Under the pieces are notes generated by a model, which made no database searches, was not told where the DNA came from, and saw only the letters and a list, made by a program, of their open reading frames with translations. 64,000 nucleotides of DNA from Octopus bimaculoides (Eukaryota): NCBI RefSeq assembly GCF_001194135.2, contig NC_069002.1, positions 16,451,883 to 16,515,882 on the forward strand. The letters run 5' to 3'. Positions 27,101 through 40,778 of this stretch are shown here, in pieces (the stretch's first letter is position 1; each line of letters starts with the position of its first letter). The position numbers were made by a program, and so were the translations under genes.

Positions 27101-27919
27101 CCCACCACCAGAGCAAGATAAAGACCTCTCTGGGGTAAGTTTTATCGTTACAATATTTTGTTACCTGGTTGTTTTTCTTATTGTTTTGTTGTTTTAATGT
27201 GTAGAACCACATTATTAATTACTGCAGTGAATTACTGTGCAATGAATTACTTCTACTTCTACAATGTACAAAATATCTTCACAATCTTTTTATGCAATTT
27301 CCAAAAGTATTTCATTCTAAAAATATAATAGTTTCTTTTCTTTTTTTTATCATTAAATCGCTACGAGGGTCCACCCAGGTGAAATAGGAACTGAAGGGAT
27401 CTCTTGACAGAAAATGCTTAGGAACCATTGAACTAGTTTCTGTGATGTAACTGTCATTTCTAAGCTCTTACTGTTGTTTTACTGTATTTGCTGAGGTTGT
27501 GAAGGCAAATGGCTTAGTGGTTAGATTATTCAGGTCACAATCATAAGGTCATGAGTTCAATTTCTGGAGATACATTGTGTCCTTGAGCAAGACACTTTAT
27601 TTCACATTGCTCCAGTCCACTCAGCAGGCAAAAATGAGTAGTACCTGTATTTCAAAGGGCCAGCTTTGTCGCACTCTGTGTAATGCTAAATCTCCCCTGA
27701 GAACTGCATTAAGGGTACACTCGTCAGTGGAGTACTGCCTTTAGTCGAACAAATCCACCCTTGGACTCATTCTTTGTAAGCCTGGTACCTATTCTGTCGG
27801 TCTCTTTTGCTGAACTGCTAAGTTACAGGAACGTAAACACACCAACATTGGTTGTCAAGCGATGGTGGGGGGACAAGCACAGACACACACACACAAATAT
27901 ATACATACATACATATATA

Positions 27920-27950
<31 letters not shown>

Positions 27951-29113
27951 CATCATCATCATCGTTTAACGTCCGCTTTCCATGCTAGCATGGGTTGGAC
28001 GATTTGACTGAGGACTGGTGAAACCGGATGGCAACACCAGGCTCCAGTCTGATTTGGCAGAGTTTCTACAGCTGGATGCCCTTCCTAACGCCAACCACTC
28101 AGAGAGTGTAGTGGGTGCTTTTACGTNNNNNNNNNNNNNNNNNNNNNNNNNNNNNNNNNNNNNNNNNNNNNNNNNNNNNNNNNNNNNNNNNNNNNNNNNN
28201 NNNNNNNNNNNNNNNNNNNNNNNNNNNNNNNNNNNNNNNNNNNNNNNNNNNNNNNNNNNNNNNNNNNNNNNNNNNNNNNNNNNNNNNNNNNNNNNNNNNN
28301 NNNNNNNNNNNNNNNNNNNNNNNNNNNNNNNNNNNNNNNNNNNNNNNNNNNNNNNNNNNNNNNNNNNNNNNNNNNNNNNNNNNNNNNNNNNNNNNNNNNN
28401 NNNNNNNNNNNNNNNNNNNNNNNNNNNNNNNNNNNNNNNNNNNNNNNNNNNNNNNNNNNNNNNNNNNNNNNNNNNNNNNNNNNNNNNNNNNNNNNNNNNN
28501 NNNNNNNNNNNNNNNNNNNNNNNNNNNNNNNNNNNNNNNNNNNNNNNNNNNNNNNNNNNNNNNNNNNNNNNNNNNNNNNNNNNNNNNNNNNNNNNNNNNN
28601 NNNNNNNNNNNNNNNNNNNNNNNNNNNNNNNNNNNNNNNNNNNNNNNNNNNNNNNNNNNNNNNNNNNNNNNNNNNNNNNNNNNNNNNNNNNNNNNNNNNN
28701 NNNNNNNNNNNNNNNNNNNNNNNNNNNNNNNNNNNNNNNNNNNNNNNNNNNNNNNNNNNNNNNNNNNNNNNNNNNNNNNNNNNNNNNNNNNNNNNNNNNN
28801 NNNNNNNNNNNNNNNNNNNNNNNNNNNNNNNNNNNNNNNNNNNNNNNNNNNNNNNNNNNNNNNNNNNNNNNNNNNNNNNNNNNNNNNNNNNNNNNNNNNN
28901 NNNNNNNNNNNNNNNNNNNNNNNNNNNNNNNNNNNNNNNNNNNNNNNNNNNNNNNNNNCATCTGCCACAAACAAAAACTAACTTGCTAGTTAACCTGCCT
29001 TTGATGTTGCTGCACCTCTTATGTGTCCATAGCTTGCACTGGGTACATCTTATAGAGTTACTACCTACTCCTTTTCTACATACTGAGCAGGGCCATCTAC
29101 CTGAAGGGGTTTG

Positions 29114-29155
<42 letters not shown>

Positions 29156-32016
29156 GATGGGCTTTTTTCAGTTTCTGTCTACCAAATGCACACACAAGGC
29201 TTTGGTCAGCCCGAGGCTATAATAGAAGACGCTTGCCCAAGGTCTTACACAGTGGGAATGAACCTGGAATCATGTGGTTGTGAAGCAAGCTTCTTACCAC
29301 ACAGCCACGCCTAATTTAACTTTATATAGAAATACGTGTGTTGTTTGTAATGCAAACCTTTGATATTAACACTTGTAATATACATACATTCATGAATATG
29401 TGTGTGTGTATGTGTGTGTATCTACACACACACACACACATGTGCGTGCATGCATACACACATACATACACACACACATGCACATACACATGCACACTCA
29501 TGCATATTCATACACTCACTCATATACCATTACATTATAGTACGCTGCATTATGTCAGCCTACACACTGTTCCACTACAGCCATCACACTTTTTTGCATT
29601 AAAAGCAAAGACAAGCATCACAATTGTTGCAAGACTTTCAGTTTCATATACACAACACTAGCAGCAGCAGAAGAAGAAGAAGAAGAAGACTAATTAATGA
29701 TCAATTATGTAATTGATAATTATTTATATTGACCAATATTCTTTATTTCTATTGAAATCAAATGAAACTTTAAAATATTTTCAAGAAGAATTTTTGTCAT
29801 TCCAGTTTACAGATTCTGTCTCTAAACTAACCAATTCCAAATGATATCTTAGAAACAACAGTTACACATTCTTTAATCTAGACTTCTTTAGCATGTTTTC
29901 TCATGTACTCTGTTTTACAGTTTCTATTCTCTCACTAATCAGCACGTCCCATTTTTTAGGTATATATGAATGCAGCAGAGCAGGTGAGGAACTGTGTTTA
30001 TAGAAATGGCAAATAAGAAGAAGAAAGGGTTGCAATTTTAGTAAAAAAATTGCTATTTATAATGAAAACAGAACTTAAATATGAGAAAATCAAATTTCTT
30101 TTTATATATGGCAAGAAAATTGCAATGAAAACTATTCCAAAAAAATATTTGGGTTTTATGAAGAATTTCACAATGTCTGAGATATTAGTTTATAACTAAT
30201 CATGTGTCTGTAGATAATATTTTGGTTACAGTTGTTGGTCACAAGTTTAAGGACCAACTAATATAATGACTCTAGCTCTGGTGAATAAAGATTTTGAAAT
30301 TAAAAAAGATTAGGATCAGAATTTGGCATTAGATTATCAGAATAAATGTGCTTTTATTATTAAAAGACAATAAAGTGGTGAGCTGGCAGAATCATTGGCA
30401 TGCTGGGTGCAAAGCTTAGTGGCATTTCATCTGTCCTTATATTATGAGTTCAAATTCCACCAAGGTTGACTTTGCCTTTCATCCTTTCGGGGGTTGATGA
30501 AATAAGTACCAGTTATGCACTGAGGTCAATATGATTGACTCCCCTTTCCCTGAAACTTTCAGGCCTTGTGCCTTTAGTAGAAAGGATTATTAAAATATGG
30601 TAAGAAGGTGAGTTGGCAGAATTGTTACCATGCTTAGTAGAATGCTTATCAGCATTTTGCCCCTCTTTATGTTCTGATTTCAAATTCTGCTGAGGTTGAC
30701 TTTGCCGTTCATCCATTTGAGGGTCAATGAAATAAGTACCAGTCAAGTACTGGGGGTTGATGGAATTGACTTTTCCCTTCCCCAAAAATTTCAGGCCTTG
30801 AGCCTGTAGTAGAAAGGGTTATTGAAAGATCATTTTTCTGGTACTTATATTACTTATTATCTTTTTAATTTATGTGGAATGGTTTTTGTTGGAGCGATTG
30901 TTTTCAGAGACAAAACCACTGTCCATTTACTTTAATAAAATGTAATAAATTTGAAAGTTGAGTCTTTCACGCTGCTTTTTAAAGGCGTTAACCCTACAAA
31001 TGAAATTAAATAGTTCGCAGCCGGAACCTGCACCTTAAAAGCATATCAAGTGAGGTCTGTCCACTTTGCTGTTCACACGAACAATCTGTAGGGTCTAAAA
31101 TTAAGTCTGGATACTGTCACATTTAGTAAAAGAGAAATAAATATTTTCATGGATAGGAAGCTAAGTCCTTCATGGAAGACTTTCTCAAAACCTTATATTA
31201 TATGCTAATAATCTACCATCATTGATATTATGTATATGTGTGAGGTTAAGTCTAGACAATGTCACATTGAATAAGTAAGAAATAAATGTTTCCATGGAAT
31301 GGAGGCTAGTCCTTCACAGGGGACTTTCTCAAAGCCTTATATTACATGCTTAATAATCCAGCATAATTGATATTAATGATTTTTGGAACTCTGTGGAAAT
31401 GCAGTAGATGAGTGGATTTGTATAGAAAGACTTTAGTTCTTGAATAATGAACCAATAATCCTGAGGATTAGCAAACAGAGTACCAGTTATGCAATGGTGG
31501 GGATTTAATAAATCCTTTGCTAAAATAGACCAGTTTTTACAATAAAAAATATTAAACAATATAATATACCATTGTTCTTATCGTTTAGGGAAGAGATACA
31601 CAGTTTTATGGAATATCTTTGTTCTTGGAAATCCAGAAAAATATAAAAAAAGAAAATTGCAAAATTGTTTTGAAATAGAACCCTTCTACTTTCTTTTCTA
31701 TTTGTTATTCTAGAAACAAAAAATTGGTGAATTAAGTCCTGGTTATGGTTTTAGTTGTCCCTTGAGATATCAAAAAAAAACCCCTTTGTTTCAGATAACA
31801 ACAAACTGAGAAGGAAATTATTTTAATAAATGATACATGAAAATTTTTATTAAAATATTTTAAAAATAGAGGTGTTTGGGAAAGGGTCCTGTCTTTAATA
31901 TCCTTTTATTACTACTACATTGACTAATACTGCTACTACTAAACTACTTCATAGTTTTCTGAACCAATTGTTTCCTCTACATGAAAGTTGGATAGCATTG
32001 AGGTCAGCTCAACATC

Positions 32017-32068
<52 letters not shown>

Positions 32069-34305
32069 TACACATGTATATATATATATATATACATATG
32101 TATGTATGTATATATGTACATATGTATGTACGTATCATTATCATCATCATCATTTAATGTCCCTTTTTCCATGCTGGACATGGTTTGGACAGTTTGATAA
32201 GAAAAGACGAACCAGAGGGCTTAACCAGGTTCTATGTCTGCTTTGGCATGGTTTCTACAGCTGGATGTCCTTCATAATGCCAACCAGTTTGCAGAGTGTA
32301 CTGGGTGCTTTTTATGTGGCACCAACAGCAGTGAGGTTGCCACTGCTGTATATAGGTAAGCAGAGTTAGCAGTTGGAATAAGGGATAAGAATATCTGTTC
32401 CTTCCACTGGTATCATTTACCTATGTTTACCCTAGGCATGGGTATGTAAGCACACTATGCTCATAATGTGCAGGTAATAACAGAATAAACAAAAGTTTAT
32501 CAGGAATCGAATTTAAATAAGCAGAAAATGGAGAAAACTCTTGATCAACAAACAAACAAATTGACCAACATCTGTTAATTATTTTTTACATAATAATTAA
32601 ACATAAGATAACATTTCTTATAGATAAAGACCACCAGTTAATTAACTATGGTGCTTAATTAACTATAGATAAAGACCACCAGTTAATTAACTATGGTGCT
32701 CCCACCTACCTAGAGTAGTGATCTGTAAGTAGATAGCAGTACCATAATTCTTTGGTTTGTAGGGTACTGAATTAAAATAATGGGGAAGCTACCTTCATTC
32801 ATCCAATATTCTATCCATGGGGAAATCTATTTCTCATCTTTTTAATGCTTTAGAAGTTGTCGTTGTTTGCTGAACCCAATGGAACTTTGTGGTCTGGAAA
32901 AAATTAGCAGAAGAGTTAGTTCTGGCTGTTATATTTCAGCAAATTCTATAATTTTGTGTCAGTACTGTACAAGACTTTTAACAAGTTCTGTGGCTCAAGC
33001 TCAAATGAAATAGTTTGTGATTTTGATTGTAAACCATAATTCAAAGTGATTCATTTGACAGGTGAATATAATTAACTTGTCTGGTTTTAATGAATTTGAA
33101 CCTGTACTTGAGTTGTCTCTTTCATTCTATCTCTTCTTCAACATCTACAATTTCCTCTTTTCATCTTCATTCATTGACTATTTACCCCATTCATTTAAAT
33201 TTCCTTCAATGTACCCATCTTTTCACCACCTACAGCCCTTTCATATCTCACCCTTAAAGAAAATGTACTAAACAGTTTAAACCAGTATTACATGTACCCC
33301 TAATTATTCAGTCTTCCTTAACAGTTGCCTTACCCCCTGTTCTCCCTTCAACTACTAACCTGGATGAATTCAAACTGAACAATAACCGCATTAATTTTGC
33401 TAATTTATTCATAGAGGACCAAAAAATATTTATAAGTTCTGTTGTCCCTTCTTTTCAGAAAAAGAAAAAGATATCTAAACTATAAAGGAATCATGTAAAA
33501 AAAGTAACTTAATTAATTAAAGAAGCTAAAATCTGTAATCAAATGAAATGGATTATAGTTTTTTGTTTGTTTTTTACACTAATCAACTTAATCTTTATAG
33601 GGTTGAACATTTTATAGAGTGTTTACATTTCTACAAATGAATTAATTAGTTTGATCTCTGATCGTCATCAGGTAGCTTCTCCTGGATTTGAACTCTGAAT
33701 CTTGATTTTTGAAACCGAGTCATAACTGTACATAGGTCATTGGTCTAATGGATAAAACCAGCATTTTTTGGGGGGGAATGTTGGTTCCTAGTTCAAACCT
33801 AGCCTTGTACATTTCCAGCAATAAAACTTTGAATGATACCTGGAGATCAATCATTGCCAAACTGATTGAAATGTAAAAATCGATTTCCATTAATTTCATT
33901 GCTGAATATATAATTGAAATTATCAGCTAAATTAAACTGCTTATTGAATTAGTAAGTGGTTGAGTATTCCATAGACATGTGTATCATGAACATAATTCTC
34001 AGCTAGAATCTATATAGCTCAGCAACAAGGCTAGAATTTTAAATTCCGGATTCACTCCATCTCAAGGCTTCCACACAGTTTCCATCTCTTTAATTTCAAT
34101 CACAAGACTCAGGGCAGCCTTAGGCTCTGGTAACTAACACTCAATATATCACACAGTGTGATTGAACCCAGGACCTTGTAACTGAAATACAATGGAGATG
34201 TAGATACTGGAAAATATTTCACCATTAAAACTGAGGTTAATTGTCAGAAAAATTAGTCTCCTTAAACTTGAATATTTCAATTAAGAATTATTGAATATCA
34301 ACAAT

Positions 34306-34358
<53 letters not shown>

Positions 34359-36261
34359 GTAATGGTAAGATCCAAGGGTCGAGGTGTAGGAAGTTAGTAA
34401 GCTTCAAGCAATCCGTGCTGAGACCCCCTTCGGTCATGACTGACCATGGGATTGCACCTAGAGAGTTACCCTCCGAGGCACAAGTCCGGGCAAGGTTGTT
34501 TATAGAAGACCAGCATTCACCCATGCATACCGGTTTCCCCTCTCCATGCCACCGATGTTATCCAAGGGAAAGGCAAAGGCCGATACAGCTTGGCACCAGT
34601 GATGTCACAACTCATTTCTACAGCTGAGTGGACTGGAGCAACATGAAATAAAGTGTCTTGCTCAAGAACACAACATACAGCCCGGTCTGCGATTCGAACT
34701 CACAAACTCGCAATCGTAAGCTCGACGCTCTAACCACTGAGCCATGCGCAATCCGTAGAAGATACAAAGAGCAACTTTCAGGTACAATAGTGGTGTATTG
34801 GTTCAGAAGGTTGTGAATTTTTCCTGAATCGAAGTACGATAAGCTGAAAAAATTAAATTTTATAGTCGATGGTTAACAACTGGGGCTGTTATATGAGCAA
34901 ATAAACATTAAATATTTAGGGAATGGAGTAGATAAACTCTAGACTACATATGCTTCAGAGCTCATGGAACTTAGGAAATAGTAAAATTATCCAAGCAAGG
35001 GGTAGAATGCAAGCTACTCTTCAGGCTGAGGATAACTTGGTTGCATGAATTCACAACCTACTGCACCAATAAATCACTATAGTTCTTGAAAGGTGTTTTT
35101 ACATATCTTCTGCAAACTGCTTGAAGCTACACACACACACACGTATGTATATATACAGTGTATGTTTATCTGTATGTTAGTTTAGTGGACCACAAAACCA
35201 TGAGATCAAAACTTACAGTCGCCATTGTATTAGGACATGATTGTCTTTGCCTGTCTAACAAGTTCCAATCTTATTTCATCACTAATTAACTAATTAACTA
35301 TGAAAGAATGTATGTGTTGAAAATGATTATATGAATGTTGAAAAATAAGTAAAAATAAAAATCTAAAAAATAAGTAAAAACAAAGAATATAAATAAATGT
35401 TTCCAAAATATGTTGGTAGAATTTTAATAAAAACTCCTTTCTGGAAATTTTAATTTAAAGTTAATGAAAATGTTCAGAGTTGTTGGAGAGTAAATCATCA
35501 ACTTTATGCAAATAAATATACTCTATTACTTGTACTGAGTTCAATATACATGTATAATGTATTTCTCTCTGTCTCTCTGTCTCCATATATATATATATAA
35601 TATTTGTAGCCACTTTAACATGGCTGTCTGTTCGATTGGACTCTACTGCGATTTTTTAACCCCAAGAGGACATCTCCTCTAGCTGATTAACAATGCACAG
35701 CTGCATCCGGTGAAATTGCAAGAGGGGAGCAAACCCCTACCATCTCCTAGCGATGGGACCAGTAGACGAGTCCTGGTTTCGGGCTATTTCTGCCACTCTT
35801 CAGTACTGGACACCGCATCTGCTAGAAATGATAGCAGCTCACTTCTGCACGCAATATATACATTTCAAGCAAACACACAGTCACTGATTTTACAACAAGC
35901 AAAAATGCTAGTTCTAAACTCTCACTAAGAGATCAGCGCAGTAGTTGTACTGACAATTAATATTCGTGGCCACTTTAACATGGCTGTCTGTTCAAGCAGA
36001 CTCTATGTATCTATATATAATATATCTCTGTCTTTCTCTCTCTGTATATATAAATATATATATAGTTTTAGGGAAAAGAACCAAGGTTCATGAACTCATT
36101 GATGAAAATCCACTGTCACCTTGGTTCTTTTCCCTAAAACTATATATATATATATAGATATATTTTATACTGTGAAAATTAATTTAATTTTAATTTTTAA
36201 TAAATTGAATTTAATTGAGTTTTTACCTGTAAATTTGGATTTTTATCCCTAATATTATATA

Positions 36262-36295
<34 letters not shown>

Positions 36296-39200
36296 CGTAT
36301 GGATTTGTGTGCATGTGAGTGTGTTGATTTTGCTCATTCCCAAAAGAAACAGCAAGACCAACATCTTTTGCCAAATCTGTCACAGATTGAGAAGAATTTT
36401 TTAACCAAATAAATTTTATCTGTCTTTAATAGAGAAAAACATTGTTTCTTGATTTTCCAAGTTTCATTGAACATAGAAAAACATATTTGAATTCTTCCTA
36501 AAATTCTTTACCATTTTCTAGGTTATTAGTCTGAAAGACAATGACAGTTTGGCTGCCCGTTTAGCTGTGGAAATGAACTCTGATATTCTTATATTAATGT
36601 CAGATGTCAATGGATTATACACCAGTCCACCAGGGACTGAAGGTTCTCGTCTTGTCCACACATTTTCTCCTACAACTGACAATACTTCTGTGGTATTTGA
36701 AGGAAAATCCAGAGTTGGTCTTGGTGGCATGGAATCAAAGGTATGAAGAATTTACTCTCTTTTATTGAAATAGGATGCTGTTAATTTAGCAGACAATATT
36801 CTACTCGGAAATTTTGGCCATTGTGTGAATGATCCTTAGAAATTATTTTCATTGTTATTTCATTAAAAAATGCATCTTTAGATTAACAGGTGTCTATGCT
36901 AGGGATAGATATCTGTTATCACACCTGAATGAAGGTGAAGCTCATTTTGGGTGGTGGGAAATTAAATTAATTTTTTTCTATCAAAATAATGAAGACACTG
37001 TGTGTGAGAGGTGTCAATTGTCGTCATCATCGTCGTCGTCGTTTAACGTCCGCTTTCCATGCTAGCATGGGTTGGACGATTTGACTGAGGACTGGTGAAA
37101 CCAGATGGCTACACCAGGCTCCAATCTGATTTGGCAGAGTTTCTACGGCTGGATGCCCTTCCTAATGCCAACTACTCAGAGAGTGTAGTGGGTGCTTTTA
37201 CGTGTCACCCGCACAAAGGCCAGTCAGGCAGTACTGGCAACGGCCACGCTCAAGATGGTGTATTTTATGTGCCACCTGCACAAGAGCCAGTCCAGGGGTA
37301 CTGGCAACGATCTCGCTCGAAAATCCTACGAAGGCCAGTCAGGCGGTACTGGCAATGGCCACGCTCAAAATGGTGTATTTTATGTGCCATCCGCACAAGA
37401 GCCAGTCCAGGGGCACTGGCAACGATCTCGCTCGAAAGTCCTTAGACATGCCACGGGCACAAGTGCCAGAAAGGCGATGCTGAGCACAGGTGCCATCACA
37501 AATTCGCTTTCGCTTTCCCCAATAAGTCTTCGCAAGCTAACAAAGTAATTGTCTATTTTAATTACCAGGTGAAGGCCGCTACATGGGCTGTGCAGAATGG
37601 TGTGTCTGTAGTGATCTGTAATGGTACAGAAGAAAAAGCTTTGTTAAACATTATCAAAGGCAAACAAGTTGGAACATTTTTCACAACAGCTCAGGTGACT
37701 GGAACACCTGTAGAACTGCAAGCCATGCAAGGTAAGAATTTTGTTGTTGTTGTTGTTGTTTGTTGTTGTTGTTTAACCCCTGGTTATTCTGATAGAGCAG
37801 CTCTTAGATCAAAGGGATCCTGTCTTTTGTGAGGTATCCAGAACCACCTTATCTATTTCACCCTCCCTCCTATTTAGATCCCTCTCAAATCTCTGCCTTA
37901 AAAACTGTATCTTTGCCTTTTTTTAAGATTGAAGTAATTGATTTGAAGGAAATTTAGTTACTATTTTTAGCAATTTAAATGGCCATGTAGAGGGTCCTTT
38001 GTAGGCTCAGACTAATGATGTAGAGATAGAGCTCTTGAATTTCATGGTTTCATATGTATATATATATCTATATCTATATATATATATATATATATATATA
38101 TTTGCCATTGTCATGCTTTTCCATGCTGGCATGGGTCAGAGGGAATTTATTGTGGTAGATTTTTCTATGGCTTGATGCCTCACCTGTTTCAATGAAGGTA
38201 ATATTTCCTTTGGCCAGATGGTAAAGGAAGGTAATGTTTCCATGGACGAATGGAACAAAGGATGCTGGTTCACAATCATCACATGATGTCCAGACAAAGG
38301 CCTACACACACACACACACACACGCATTTTCTTTTATCCTTTACTTGTTTCACTCATTTGACAGCAACCATGTTGGAGCAGTGCTTTGAAGGATTTTAGT
38401 CAGACCTCAGGACTTTACTTTTTTTAAAGCCTCGTGCTTATTCTATCAGTCAATTTGGCTGAACTGCTAAGTTACAGGGATGTAAACACACCAACACTGG
38501 TTGTCAAGCAGTAAGTGGGGACAAACACAGACACAGAGACACACACACATAGATATATATATCAGGCATGTGCCATCAGTAATTACTCACGGTAGATATT
38601 TGGTGACATTTATGTAGTAAAACACAAAAAATAAGTGAAACACAGGCACATGACTAAGTTGAAGGCAGACTCACTTCTGCTTTTATAGTTCATAAAGAAA
38701 ACATTGTTGTAGGAATGTACACTACATTTGTACTACAGCAGTTCTGTGCATAGCTTTAATACTGAGATTAAGAGACAGGGGCAAATTATGCCCAACTAAT
38801 CTACAAAAAAATAAGATATTTTGCATTTTATGCCCAGTAATCAGAGTAACCTTCACAATTTTATTGAATTAGGTGCATATTTTGCCATAAAAGGAAAATA
38901 TTACTATCGGTCTATTTTATTCAGGGTAAGCATGTGTACATATGATGGACTTCTTTCAGTTTCCGTCTACCAAATCTACTCACAAGCGTTTGGTCAGCCC
39001 AAGGCTATAGTAGAAGACACTTATCCAAGGTGCCACATAGTAGGACGGAGGTGGTGAGAGAGATATCAAGGAAGTTAACAGAGGTGTTAGAGATAGTAGA
39101 AGTGAATTGGAGTGAAGGGTGGAAGTTAGAGAGGAAAGAGATGAAGTGGCAGAGTTGTTCACGGGAGAGGGAGGTGGCGCCTATACAGTCGTCTATGTAG

Positions 39201-39582
39201 GGACCATATAGCTCTGGGATCGGCCTGGAGAATTGGAAGAATGCTTGGTCCTCAATGTGGCCAACAAAGAGGTTGGCAAAATTGGGGCCCATTCTCGTTC
39301 CCATCGCGACCCCAGACAACTATTGGCAGGTTTTCCCGGTGATATATATATTAACAGGAGATGGATTTGGTATCAAATCTTTATTGGGTACCCAATAAAG
39401 ATTTAATGCTGAATCCATCTCCTGTTAATTAATTTTATTACCATAACTGCCACTACTGAAGTAGATCCAAACGGAAGTATACCACAACTGCGGATAACAA
39501 CAGATAGCCTAAACTGTGCCAATTCTCTACTCAGCATTTAAACACACTAATCAACTTATACCTATTTGTCCAAATTATTTAC

Positions 39583-39627
<45 letters not shown>

Positions 39628-39766
39628 TATTATTATATATAAATAATAAGGGTGGCTTGTTAGCAATTTTCCAACTGAAAGGCAAAAATATATATGTAAC
39701 TTAGGCAACTGAGGGCACTATTCAGCATCAGTATTGCTAGAAATAAGAGTCAAAACAACTCATAGC

Positions 39767-39811
<45 letters not shown>

Positions 39812-40747
39812 ACACGCACAACAGGCTTCTTTCAGTTTCCATCTGCCAACCCATTCTGAAAGCTTTGGTCAACCTGGAGCTTTAGTAGAAAGTACTCGAC
39901 CAAAGTGTCATGCAGTGAGACTGAACCCAAGACCACATACATGGAAAGGAATCTTCTTATATATATTATCCTTGTTTTATTAACATAGCATTATGAAGAA
40001 TGCTTGCACATGAATTCTCAAAATTTGAAACAAATTTCCAGAGACTGTCACATGATCTATCTCAGCCAATAAGATAGAGATGAATGGCTGAGTGCACAAA
40101 CATCACTCAGCTTTGTTTCCATAGAAACGCAGAGAACCAGTTACAGGCCACTGGAAATCTGTGACCAACAGTGGTGTTGTTCATAAATGCATGCCATAAA
40201 AAAAAAATATTTCGAAACTACATATTCACACACACACACATGCATATATATGTGTGTGTGTGTGTGTGTAGAAAGTCATATAGATGTTGATAAAGTTTTA
40301 CAAGACCATAATTATTGTTTCCAGCACGTGAAGGCAGTCGTTTATTGCAAACAATCACACCAAAAGAAAGAGCTGATATCATTTACAGACTTGCCAATTC
40401 CTTGATAGACCGCAAAGATGAAATTCTCCAGGCCAATAGAAAAGACGTTCTTGAAGCAGAGATGACTGGTTGGTAACCTTTACTTCTTGTTGATATCTCT
40501 GTGATGTTAGTAAATATATTCTATAAAATTTATGTAAAACTACCCACATCAGTTGTTAGCTGTCAGGACACAGCATCCTTCGAAATCTCTGTCATCGTCA
40601 TCATCATCATCCGTATTCTTTCTGTTGAAGAGCGTAGCTCGAAACGTCAAAGACTTTCCATATTCCTGAGCGTCATACTAATACTTCCTTTTGTTATTTA
40701 CACCACCTGTCCTCGTCTGTTGTTGTTTTTTCGTACATTCTCCCATA

Positions 40748-40778
<31 letters not shown>

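Noticed and set aside
28018-28989. ORFs such as [36 protein letters not shown] (also at 37095)
   Set aside because: Antisense reading of the RTE-LINE 3'UTR, repeated many times in the window.
32619-32700. 37-bp direct duplication with 45-bp period
   Set aside because: Explained by TAATTAACTA microhomology slippage; no further signal.
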